DNA of 64,000 nt, taken from NCBI GenBank assembly GCA_947630445.1, contig CANRHQ010000001.1, positions 16,591 through 80,590 on the forward strand. Direction: 5' to 3'. Shown piece after piece: positions 8,806-17,524 of the stretch (its first letter is position 1; the number at the start of each line of letters is the position of its first letter). The stretch is from an uncultured Clostridia bacterium. GTDB taxonomy: Bacteria > Bacillota > Clostridia > TANB77 > CAG-508. Position numbers and translations under genes: made by a program. The notes below the pieces were generated by a model. It was not told the DNA's origin. It worked only from the letters and a program-made list of their open reading frames with translations, and searched no databases.

Positions 8806-9747
8806 CTATAATTCTAAAATCATTTGTGGATCTACTAATCTATTTTGATATCTTACTTCAAAATGTAAGTGTGGACCTGTGGTATTTCCAGTGTTTCCTA
8901 CTTCTGCTATTTCCTGTCCTTGTGTTATCTCATCCCCTTTATTTACATATATTTTATTACAATGTGCATATAAAATTATTACATCATTTATTTGAATTTC
9001 TAAATGATTTCCAAAGTCCCCTTTTGATGATGTAAGTACAACTGTTCCATTTGTTGCAGATACAATTTTTGTTCCTATTACTGCTGCAATATCTGTACCT
9101 GTATGATTTTTAGGTACTGTTGGTGTTGTAGGATTTCTAGTTCCAAACATTGAACTTATTGTACCATTTATTGGTTTTATAAAACTAATTGTACTTTTTA
9201 TATAATTTGCATCTTGTTCCATTTGAGTTAATTGGTTTTCTGGTTCTTGTGTGTTTGCTTCTACCTCTGGTTTCGGTGTTTCCTCAACTACTGGTTCTTC
9301 CGCTCCTCCGATATTTTCATTGTTTTCTTGAATATTTTCTGGTTCTTGTTGTTCTTGAGGTTGCGGATTTTGCTCTGTTTCTTCTGTTTGAATTTGCTCA
9401 TTTTGTGGTTCTGATTGTTGTTCTGCAGGCGTCATAATTTCATTTATTTTATTTGAAATAATTGAATATATTTCTGTAATATTTATATCCTGTGATAATA
9501 TTTCTCTAGCCTTATTTATAAAATCTTGTGAAAATATATAATTGTTATTAATTATCAAATAAAATACCATATATATAAATAAACATACTATGATTTGCAT
9601 AAACATCTTTTTTAAAAGTTTTACATCTTTTTTCCCTTTAGGTTCTGTAAATCTTTTCTCTTTTATTTCATTGTTTCCAAAATTTCTTCTGTAATATATT
9701 TCTTCTGCTTTTCTTATTTTGTCCTCAACAGACATAACTCTTTCCAT
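8806..9747 (-). CDS. membrane-anchored M23 (LytM) peptidase, SpoIVFA-like, with a Gln/Glu/Pro-rich linker
   Basis: 313 aa; N-terminal TM; low-complexity linker EQQSEPQNEQIQTEETEQNPQPQEQQEPEN; C-terminal M23 motifs HTGTD...GNHLEI...GNTGNTTGPHLHFEV. Confidence 0.6.
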   Translation of the reverse strand: MERVMSVEDKIRKAEEIYYRRNFGNNEIKEKRFTEPKGKKDVKLLKKMFMQIIVCLFIYMVFYLIINNNYIFSQDFINKAREILSQDINITEIYSIISNKINEIMTPAEQQSEPQNEQIQTEETEQNPQPQEQQEPENIQENNENIGGAEEPVVEETPKPEVEANTQEPENQLTQMEQDANYIKSTISFIKPINGTISSMFGTRNPTTPTVPKNHTGTDIAAVIGTKIVSATNGTVVLTSSKGDFGNHLEIQINDVIILYAHCNKIYVNKGDEITQGQEIAEVGNTGNTTGPHLHFEVRYQNRLVDPQMILEL

Positions 9748-9838
9748 ATGTATCCCTCTTTCTTAGCTCTAATATATGTAAAAAACACTCTATAATGCTT
9801 TTTTAATATTTATGCATTTATAGAGTGTTTTATGTTTA

Positions 9839-10171
9839 TTATATAAAATTTATTATTAAACTTATTATTAATATCACTGCTAATGCTATTGTACATTTTT
9901 TGAGTTTTTGATATTTTGATCTTATATCCTTTTCTATCCTTTTCTTATTTTCAATTTTGTTGATATAATCTGTTACAAGCATTTCTGCTTCTTTCAAAAT
10001 ATATTCTTTTGATTTTGGCTTCTGTTCTGATATGTTAATTTTGTTGCTTTTGTCTATTAATTCTTTTTGTTTTATTCGTTCACTTTCTTTAAAAATTATT
10101 ATAGCCTCTTCGATCATATTTGATGGAAGATTTTTTAAGACTACCATATTTTTCATATTGCTTGATTCCAT
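9839..10171 (-). CDS. hypothetical tail-anchored protein (C-terminal TM helix)
   Basis: 110 aa; lysine-rich, coiled-coil-like; C-terminal CTIALAVILIISLIINFI; RBS aaggag precedes the ATG. Confidence 0.4.
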   Translation of the reverse strand: MESSNMKNMVVLKNLPSNMIEEAIIIFKESERIKQKELIDKSNKINISEQKPKSKEYILKEAEMLVTDYINKIENKKRIEKDIRSKYQKLKKCTIALAVILIISLIINFI

Positions 10172-10238
10172 TATATCACTCCTTTTGAAAATCTTATATT
10201 CTAATCTTTTCCATTTTAATGAAATTTATACATTATTT

Positions 10239-11486
10239 TTACATTCCTGTAACAGGTAATCTTGGTATTTCTGGTATAGGAGTTTCTTCTACTGGTGGTA
10301 TTTCTATAGGTATTTCTTCAACAATAATTTTACTATTTCCAATTTTTAAAGTAATTTTTTTGTTAAAACTTATTTGTACTTTTCTTAATTCTGTATTTAA
10401 TTCATATCCTTCTGGTGCTTCTATTTCTCTAATGTAATATATTCCTGGCATTATTTGTTTTAATTCAATCTTGCCATTTTTATCTGTTTCTACTACTTTA
10501 ATTAATTTCTTGTTTTCATCTAATATTTCAAATTTTGCCCCTTTTAACATTTCTTTTGTTTCTTCATCCTGTTTTTCAATTTTAATTTCTGTTTCATTTG
10601 GCCCATATTCTTGTAATAATTCTATATCTTTATTTTCATAAGAAAATGCTGTTAGTGCATAATCTTGTAAATCACTGCTTGGAGCTTTTCCATAAAATAC
10701 TGGCTTTGTTTCTAATTGGGATGTTATATTGATCTTAAATTGTCCTGATTTTGTTAGACTAGATATTGGTATTAAGATTTTAAATTTTTCACTTGAAATA
10801 AATTCTTGTTTTTCATTGTTTTGACTATCTGTTATTTTCGTTCCTTTTGGTTGATTTTCTAATTTTATGATATATTTGCTAATATTTATATTACTTTTAA
10901 CTTCATATTCTTTTACTATATAATTCTTTTCTACTGTCCAATTTTCTGGTTGTACTACTTCTACTTTTGTTTCACCTATTTCTTCTGTAGAGTCTTGAGC
11001 ATTTTTTAATATTGTAGCAATTGCATTTTTTACTCTATTTCCAGCTTCATTTACTCCTGTATATTTTTCTACCACTCTATTAAATAGATAACAATATATT
11101 GATTGCTTTGTAGCTATATATGCTTCTTCTTCACTTGCTACTCCTAATTCTTGTAAACTTTTATATGGATACCCATTTATTATTACTCTCCACAAATTTA
11201 CATCTGTAATTTTCCCTTGATTTGTTGTATTATATGTTGCCACTTTATCTCCTACACCTTGTAGGTCTACATTTAAACAATATACTGGATATTCCACACC
11301 ATTTTCTTGATATACAGCGTGTGCTGTTTTTAATAGTACTCCATCATATTTTAAAATTCTATTAAAATTACCTTTTGTATATATTGTTATTTGATTTTCT
11401 ACTGCTTGTACTGTATTTGCTATTATTGAAAAGTTTGATATTAATATAATAGCTAATATTGATATTATTTTTATTATTTTTTTCAA
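10239..11486 (-). CDS. secreted sortase substrate with a CnaB-type domain; ends in LPVTGM with no hydrophobic or charged tail; TTG start coupled to the sortase stop
   Basis: 415 aa; signal peptide MKKIIKIISILAIILISNFSIIANTVQA; possible thioester-like motif VYCLN...ATKQSIY; CnaB-like GAKFEILDENKKLIKVVETDKNGKIELKQIMPGIYYIREIEAPEGYEL; Pro-rich linker; LPVTG-M-stop with stops in all downstream frames. Confidence 0.7.
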   Translation of the reverse strand: MKKIIKIISILAIILISNFSIIANTVQAVENQITIYTKGNFNRILKYDGVLLKTAHAVYQENGVEYPVYCLNVDLQGVGDKVATYNTTNQGKITDVNLWRVIINGYPYKSLQELGVASEEEAYIATKQSIYCYLFNRVVEKYTGVNEAGNRVKNAIATILKNAQDSTEEIGETKVEVVQPENWTVEKNYIVKEYEVKSNINISKYIIKLENQPKGTKITDSQNNEKQEFISSEKFKILIPISSLTKSGQFKINITSQLETKPVFYGKAPSSDLQDYALTAFSYENKDIELLQEYGPNETEIKIEKQDEETKEMLKGAKFEILDENKKLIKVVETDKNGKIELKQIMPGIYYIREIEAPEGYELNTELRKVQISFNKKITLKIGNSKIIVEEIPIEIPPVEETPIPEIPRLPVTGM

Positions 11487-12049
11487 TTATTTTCCTCCTC
11501 TTTTTCTATTGCTTGTACACATCTTCTAAAATGTGGTTCATTTTCTACGCATGTTATTAATGTTAACATGTTTTCTTCTGTGTTTTCCAAAACATCTACA
11601 TCTGTGTCTTTAATTATGATGTTTTTATCTACTATATATGTTTTTTTGTATTCATTATATTGATATTTTATTTCATCTCCTTTTTGCAACAATTTTAAAT
11701 CTGCAAAATAATTTACTTCATATCCTCTGTTGTGTGCAGCTAGTGCAATATTACCTTGCATTTTTTGAGTTTCTTCAAAATGACAAATACTTTTGTTTAA
11801 GTTTTCTTTGGTTGTTCCTTCTGTTATTTCTGTATTTAATGAAATTTTATCTATTTGTATCTTCCATATATTTTCTTTTTCAATAGTTGATTGTTTTGCT
11901 TCGATTTTCCTGTTTTCTATCATATTTTTTATAATTCTTGTATCGTCAATTTTTACATATTTGTAAATTCCTATATGAATTAAACTGAACATTATAAGCA
12001 ACACAAAGAAAACAGTCCATCTAATTCCCATTTGGGTAATTTTGAACAT
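11483..12049 (-). CDS. sortase (class B/D-like), membrane-anchored
   Basis: 188 aa; N-terminal TM; His motif LAAHNRG; catalytic TLITC; downstream Arg (RRC); its stop overlaps the substrate's TTG start, whose RBS (gaggagg) lies within the sortase coding sequence. Confidence 0.8.
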   Translation of the reverse strand: MFKITQMGIRWTVFFVLLIMFSLIHIGIYKYVKIDDTRIIKNMIENRKIEAKQSTIEKENIWKIQIDKISLNTEITEGTTKENLNKSICHFEETQKMQGNIALAAHNRGYEVNYFADLKLLQKGDEIKYQYNEYKKTYIVDKNIIIKDTDVDVLENTEENMLTLITCVENEPHFRRCVQAIEKEEENN

Positions 12050-12280
12050 ACATTTTGTTTACCTCCTTTTATTAAATTGTTGATTTTTGGATTTTTTTCG
12101 AAAAAAATTTTTAGAATTAAATTTTTGATTAAAATTCTGTTATTATATTAACATCCATTTATTCATTTGTCAAGAACTTTTCATCGACAAAACTCGACAA
12201 GAACTATTTTTTTATAAAAGGCTTGCACTTTATAAAATTTAATGTTATCATTTATTATATATTTTGTAAGGAGACAAAAG

Positions 12281-13219
12281 ATGTCTGAATTATTAAAACA
12301 ATCTTTTAATTTTTATGACCAAACATATTTAAAATCATATAACTTAGATAAAGCTATTCAATACCAATTAAACTTACTAGACTCTTTAGATGTTTATACA
12401 AGAGTTCATTCTGAAAATGTAGCTACTATTACTTGTAATTTATGCCATAAATTACATTGTTCAAAAGGTTTTACAGAATATTGTATTACCTGTGCTTATT
12501 TACATGATATAGGAAAAATGTTTATCCCAGCACATATTCTTCAAAAGCCTTCTCGACTAACTGATGAAGAATATGAAATCATTAAGAAACATACTACATT
12601 AGGATATCAATTATGTATTAAAGATGCAAAATTAAGACCTTATTATGCAGGTCCTTATTATCATCATGAGGCACTAGATGGCACTGGTTATCCTCAAGGT
12701 TTAGTAAAAAATCAGATTCCTTATGAGGCTCAAATTATAAAGGTTGCTGATGAATTCGATGCTTTAGTTCATAAAAGGCAGTATAAAACACATATTGGTA
12801 TTTCAGATGCTTTAAAAATTATTATATCAAATACAAAACCTACTCCTAATGCTAAGCCAGATACTGGTTATGCAAATGCAGGTAAAACAAACAAGTTAAT
12901 TGTAAAAAAATTGCTTAAAGTAGTTATAGATGACATTGAATATGAAATTATCTCAACAATTGATTATGTTAATTACTTAGAAAAAGAAATGGGTAGGTAT
13001 AGAAAAATACAAGAATATGTTAATAAGATGAATTCAGAAAAAAATAAAGAAGGTCAATTATATTATCAGCAATATATTGATACACTTCTAAAAAAAGATG
13101 AAACAATTGAAAAACTTCCTGAACTTTATAAAGAATTTGAAGATGCCCATTCTTTAAGAAAAGGTATGTTAGATAATTTAAAAAAAGAAATTCAAATTAT
13201 AAAAAAACTTAAAGTATAA
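12281..13219 (+). CDS. HD-GYP domain phosphodiesterase (probable c-di-GMP PDE)
   Basis: HD motif YLHDIGKMFIP; GYP motif ALDGTGYPQGL; start set at the ATG at 12281, which follows the RBS aaggaga. Confidence 0.8.
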   Translation: MSELLKQSFNFYDQTYLKSYNLDKAIQYQLNLLDSLDVYTRVHSENVATITCNLCHKLHCSKGFTEYCITCAYLHDIGKMFIPAHILQKPSRLTDEEYEIIKKHTTLGYQLCIKDAKLRPYYAGPYYHHEALDGTGYPQGLVKNQIPYEAQIIKVADEFDALVHKRQYKTHIGISDALKIIISNTKPTPNAKPDTGYANAGKTNKLIVKKLLKVVIDDIEYEIISTIDYVNYLEKEMGRYRKIQEYVNKMNSEKNKEGQLYYQQYIDTLLKKDETIEKLPELYKEFEDAHSLRKGMLDNLKKEIQIIKKLKV

Positions 13220-13220
13220 A

Positions 13221-13254
13221 AATAAAATAAGAGAATGTTCTCTTATTTTATTTT
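13221..13254. terminator. bidirectional rho-independent terminator shared by the convergent HD-GYP gene and ftsL
   Basis: aataaaataagaga-atgt-tctcttattttatt; perfect 14-bp stem with A and T runs on either side. Confidence 0.7.
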
Positions 13255-13760
13255 ATTATGAATTTTAATATTTTTTCTATCAAACTAGTTTTTTCTTCTT
13301 TTATAAATTTATTATTTGTTTCCACATTATCAGTTTTATCTAATTCTAATGGTATTTTAGTTTTAACTTGCATACCTAATTCTTCTGTTGCTCTTTGTTT
13401 AATACTATTCCATTCTAATGTTCCTTCTTGCTCTTTTATACTTTTTTCTATTTGACCATTTTCTTTTTCTATCAATGCTAATTGATTTTCCAAATTCTTT
13501 TTTTGATTAAACATTTCCATAATAGAAATCTCTCTATAGCTTACAGCAAGTAACATGCCAAATACAAAAATAACAGCAATTAGTTGTTTTGTTTTTTTCT
13601 TTTTTTCTTCTGCCCTTTTTAGTTTTTCTTTTTCAAATTTTCTTCTTTCTATTTCTTTTCTGGAAAGTCCTTTTTTAGTTGTTGTTGTCTTTCTTTTAGG
13701 ATTGTATTCTGTTTCATACTTTCTAGGGCTAGTTTCATATTGATATAAATTTCTAGGCAT
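13248..13760 (-). CDS. ftsL: cell division protein FtsL-like (bitopic, coiled coil)
   Basis: 170 aa; lies directly downstream of rsmH; single TM (LIAVIFVFGMLLAV) followed by a coiled coil; Lys-rich N-terminus. Confidence 0.55.
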   Translation of the reverse strand: MPRNLYQYETSPRKYETEYNPKRKTTTTKKGLSRKEIERRKFEKEKLKRAEEKKKKTKQLIAVIFVFGMLLAVSYREISIMEMFNQKKNLENQLALIEKENGQIEKSIKEQEGTLEWNSIKQRATEELGMQVKTKIPLELDKTDNVETNNKFIKEEKTSLIEKILKFIIK

Positions 13761-13782
13761 TGTTACTCACCTCCTTTGTATT

Positions 13783-14712
13783 TTAAGTTTTTTCGAAAAT
13801 CCTTAATTTTGCACTTTTAGATCTTGAATTTTCTTTTTGTTCTTCTTCTGTAGCAATTATTGGTTTTTTGTTTATTATTTTTCCTTCTGATTTAGCACCA
13901 CATATACAATATGGTAAATCTTTTGGACAAGTACATTGTCCTTTTGCCTCTGTATAAGCATTTTTTACTGCTCTATCTTCTAGTGAATGAAATGTTATTA
14001 TACATAACCTTCCCCCTGGATTTAAACATTCGATACATTTCTTTACTGTTTCTTTTAATGGTTTTATTTCATCGTTTACCTCAATTCTTATTGCCTGAAA
14101 TGTTCTTTTGGCTGGATGTCCATCTTTTTTTGAAAATGATGGAAGTACTTTTTCTATTATTTCTACTAATTCTTTTGTTGTCTTTATTTCTTTCGTTTTT
14201 CTAGTTTCGCATATTTTTTTAGCTATTTGTCTTGAAAATTTTTCTTCACCATATTCAAATATTATGTTAGAAAGTTTTTCTTCTGAATATGTATTTATTA
14301 CATCTTTTGCTGTTAATTTTTGAGTTTTGTCCATTCTCATATCTAGTTCATTTTCTCCAAGATAGCTAAATCCTCTTTCTTTTTCATCTAACTGATATGA
14401 TGACACTCCTAAATCTAATAATATTCCATCAACTTTTGGTATTTTTAATTCTTCTAATATTTTTTCTATTTCATCATGATTACCATGTATATATTTTACA
14501 TTTTGATATTCTTTTAAATTTTCCTTTGCAGCATCTAATGCTTCTTGGTCTCTGTCTATACCAATCAATATACCTTTAGGTGTTAATTGCTTTAAAATTT
14601 CTTTACTATGTCCTGCTCCACCTAAAGTTCCATCTACATATATTCCATCTTTTTTTATATTTAAACCTTTTATTGTTTCTTTTAGCAATACTGGTTTGTG
14701 TTTAAATTCCAA
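13783..14712 (-). CDS. rsmH: 16S rRNA (cytosine1402-N4)-methyltransferase RsmH/MraW
   Basis: 309 aa; [36 protein letters not shown]... is canonical RsmH. Confidence 0.9.
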   Translation of the reverse strand: MEFKHKPVLLKETIKGLNIKKDGIYVDGTLGGAGHSKEILKQLTPKGILIGIDRDQEALDAAKENLKEYQNVKYIHGNHDEIEKILEELKIPKVDGILLDLGVSSYQLDEKERGFSYLGENELDMRMDKTQKLTAKDVINTYSEEKLSNIIFEYGEEKFSRQIAKKICETRKTKEIKTTKELVEIIEKVLPSFSKKDGHPAKRTFQAIRIEVNDEIKPLKETVKKCIECLNPGGRLCIITFHSLEDRAVKNAYTEAKGQCTCPKDLPYCICGAKSEGKIINKKPIIATEEEQKENSRSKSAKLRIFEKT

Positions 14713-14781
14713 TTTTACACCTCTTTTTTAACAATTACAGCTGGTATTCGAAACACCAGCTGCTTGTCTTATGTTAGTTTT

Positions 14782-14897
14782 CTTTTGTTTTTTGGAATTT
14801 TACTTTTGTATATTTATCTTTTGTGTTTTTATCTTTTGTATTTTTGTCTTTTGTACATTTTTCTTTTGTGTTTTTATATAAACTTTTGCAAGTTATA
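14782..14897. repeat. about 7 tandem copies of a degenerate 15-bp unit CTTTTGT(R)TTTTTAT in the mraZ-rsmH intergenic spacer
   Basis: cttttgtgtttttat / cttttgtatttttgt / cttttgtacattttt / cttttgtgtttttat ... read directly from the sequence. Confidence 0.7.
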
Positions 14898-15318
14898 TAC
14901 CTAACATTGTCATATTTTCTGCAATTTCATCAGCTGATATATTTTCATCACATTTCTTCCATGTTTCTTTGTTCCATATTTCTAATCTTGTACCAACTCC
15001 AACAATCATTGCATCTTTTTCTAAACTTGCTGATTCTCTCAAATTGCTTGGTATTAAGAATCTGCCCTGCTTGTCTATTTCACATTCTGTTGCACCAGAT
15101 AGGAAAAATCTTACAAAGTTTCTGGCATTTTTGTCTGATAGTGGTAGTGATTTTAATTTTGTTTCGAAATTCAACCATTCATTTTGTGAGAATACAAATA
15201 AACATCCATCTAACCCTTTTGTTATGATGAACCTTTCTCCTATGTCTTGTCTTAATTTTGATGGCATTATTAATCTGCCTTTAACATCTAGAGAATGCTC
15301 ATATTCACCAATTAGCAA
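14893..15318 (-). CDS. mraZ: transcriptional regulator MraZ
   Basis: 141 aa; [24 protein letters not shown]... with a duplicated MraZ/SpoVT-AbrB fold. Confidence 0.9.
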   Translation of the reverse strand: MLIGEYEHSLDVKGRLIMPSKLRQDIGERFIITKGLDGCLFVFSQNEWLNFETKLKSLPLSDKNARNFVRFFLSGATECEIDKQGRFLIPSNLRESASLEKDAMIVGVGTRLEIWNKETWKKCDENISADEIAENMTMLGI

Positions 15319-15322
15319 TTGA

Positions 15323-15362
15323 ATTTCCTCCTCTCCACTTTGTTACCACTTTGCACCACTTC
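15323..15362 (-). promoter_or_regulatory. MraZ operator: four direct AAGTGG repeats at 10-11 bp spacing upstream of mraZ
   Basis: Minus strand caAAGTGGagagAAGTGGtgcaAAGTGGtaacaAAGTGGagagg; MraZ binds GTGG-type direct repeats in its own promoter. Confidence 0.6.
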
Positions 15363-15414
15363 TCTCCACTTTGATTAAATAATAATACATTTTATATTAT
15401 TTTGCAAGTACTTT

Positions 15415-16554
15415 TTATAATTTTTTAAAAAATTTTTTTAAATTTTTTATATAATAATCTATTTCTTGGAATGTATTATTTTCTCCAAATGTTGTTCTTA
15501 TTGCACTGTTTATATATTCTTTTGGTACACCTATTGCTGTTAGTACATGTGAGGGTGCTAAATTTCCTGATGAACATGCTGAACCACTAGATACACATAT
15601 TCCCACTTCATCTAATTTAAAAATTAGCTCTGATGCATTTTCTCCTTTAAATGATATATTTGCATTTCCTGGTAATCTGTTTTTCATTGTCCCATTTATT
15701 CTTATTTTTTCTGGAATTTCTTGTTGAAGTTTTGTTATATAATAGTTTCTTAATTTTTCTAAATTTTTTATGTGTGTTTCTATATTTTTATTAGAAATTT
15801 CACAAGCCTTTCCTATTCCTACTATTCCTGCAACATTTTCAGTTCCAGCTCTTTTATTTTTTTCTTGATGTCCTCCATTTATTATTTTTTCTACTTCTAT
15901 TCCATTTTTTATATATAATGCCCCTACTCCTTTTGGTGCATTTATTTTATGTCCAGACATTGATAACATATCTATATTTGAAACATTTATTGGCACATTT
16001 CCTATAGCTTGGACTGCATCTGTATGAAATATAATATTATGTTTATGTGCTATTTGTGATATTTGCTCTATTGGTTCTATTGTTCCTATTTCATTGTTTG
16101 CATACATTATACTTATTAATATTGTTGTTGGTTTTATTTCTTTTTCTAATTGTTCTAAATTTATTATTCCATCTTCATCTACATCTATATATGATATTTC
16201 AAAGCCTTGTTTTTCAAGTGTTGCACAAGTTTCTAATATTGCTGGATGTTCTATTTTAGATGTGATTATATGATTACCTTTATCTTTGTTAGAATAGGCA
16301 TATCCTTTTAATGCTGTATTATCACTTTCTGAACCGCTTCCTGTGAAATATATTTCATTCGGATTACATTTTATTAATGATGCTACTTGTTTTCTTGCTG
16401 TTTCTATTGCCCTCTTGGACTGTCTACCTATTGAATATAGTGCTGAAGCATTTCCATATTCTCTTGTTAAATATGGCATCATTTCATTTAGTACTTCTGA
16501 TTTTATTTTTGTTGTTGCAGCATTATCAAAATATATCATGTTCATCTTTTTCAC
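15415..16554 (-). CDS. nifS: cysteine desulfurase, NifS/IscS family (true start is probably an internal Met, MIYFDNAAT)
   Basis: PLP class-V fold; YFDNAATT N-terminus; SGHK pyridoxal-Lys motif; SSGSACSS active-site loop. Confidence 0.85.
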   Translation of the reverse strand: MKKMNMIYFDNAATTKIKSEVLNEMMPYLTREYGNASALYSIGRQSKRAIETARKQVASLIKCNPNEIYFTGSGSESDNTALKGYAYSNKDKGNHIITSKIEHPAILETCATLEKQGFEISYIDVDEDGIINLEQLEKEIKPTTILISIMYANNEIGTIEPIEQISQIAHKHNIIFHTDAVQAIGNVPINVSNIDMLSMSGHKINAPKGVGALYIKNGIEVEKIINGGHQEKNKRAGTENVAGIVGIGKACEISNKNIETHIKNLEKLRNYYITKLQQEIPEKIRINGTMKNRLPGNANISFKGENASELIFKLDEVGICVSSGSACSSGNLAPSHVLTAIGVPKEYINSAIRTTFGENNTFQEIDYYIKNLKKFFKKL

Positions 16555-16594
16555 CTAACTTTCTTTTTTATTATATGAGACAAAAAAATAAAAG

Positions 16595-17458
16595 TTAAAG
16601 AATAACTTTTATTTTATCTAAATTTTCAATTACTGTGTCATAGCCGAATTTATAACATTTGTCTAGTTTATCTATGTCAAATAATCCTGCCCTATCTGTT
16701 GGAACAGTTAGAATAAAATCACTTTTTTCTAAACCTTTTTCAGCAATTTTATTTCCCATTACATCTAGTGTTTTCATTAAAATATCCATTATGTCACTAT
16801 CTTTTTCAACAGGATCTGCTTTAAAATTTACTGCCATTATTTTCTTTTTACAAATTTGTTTTAATGCTAATACAGGAACATTATCTAAAGTTCCCCCATC
16901 CAAAAACATATGATTTTTATATTCACATGGGCAAAACACTGCTGGAAAGCTACTGCTTGCTCTTACTGCTTTTCCAACAGAAATCTCTGTTATATATTCA
17001 TCATTAACATTATCACGTGGTGCACAATTAGTAAATATATATTCTTTTGACTCACTTATATCAACAGTTGGAATAACTAATGGAATTTTTATATCTCCGA
17101 TTACATTTATTTGTTTTTTTAGTGCTAATTCATTAAACATTTTTTCAAGTAAAGTTCCATCATTAAAACCTGTTATTCCTATTTTTCTATTTTTCATAAA
17201 ATTCCCTATTCCATTTATAATTGGTCCATTTCCTATACTAACTATTTCTTGAGCATATTTTTTAAACAAAACATATATATAATATGGTTTATATCCCATT
17301 GCATATAATGCTGCTACTATACTTCCTGCACTTGTTCCTCCTATAGCATCTATTTTTATATTGTTTTCTTCTAAAGCCTTTAGTACACCTGCATGTGCTA
17401 TTCCTCTTATTCCTCCACCAGCTAAAGCTATTGCAATTCCCATCTTAATTCCTTTCAT
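16595..17458 (-). CDS. patatin-like phospholipase
   Basis: GGGIRG oxyanion motif; GTSAGS serine hydrolase motif; DGG catalytic Asp. Confidence 0.8.
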   Translation of the reverse strand: MKGIKMGIAIALAGGGIRGIAHAGVLKALEENNIKIDAIGGTSAGSIVAALYAMGYKPYYIYVLFKKYAQEIVSIGNGPIINGIGNFMKNRKIGITGFNDGTLLEKMFNELALKKQINVIGDIKIPLVIPTVDISESKEYIFTNCAPRDNVNDEYITEISVGKAVRASSSFPAVFCPCEYKNHMFLDGGTLDNVPVLALKQICKKKIMAVNFKADPVEKDSDIMDILMKTLDVMGNKIAEKGLEKSDFILTVPTDRAGLFDIDKLDKCYKFGYDTVIENLDKIKVIL

Positions 17459-17524
17459 AATAAAAAAAGTAAATACTATATTTAGTATTTACCTTTTATT
17501 ATTATTTTAAACGGTTATTTGTGA

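Noticed and set aside
14782-14897. Considered whether the tandem repeats could be a CRISPR array
   Set aside because: The unit is only 15 bp, degenerate and directly tandem with no spacers. No cas genes are nearby.
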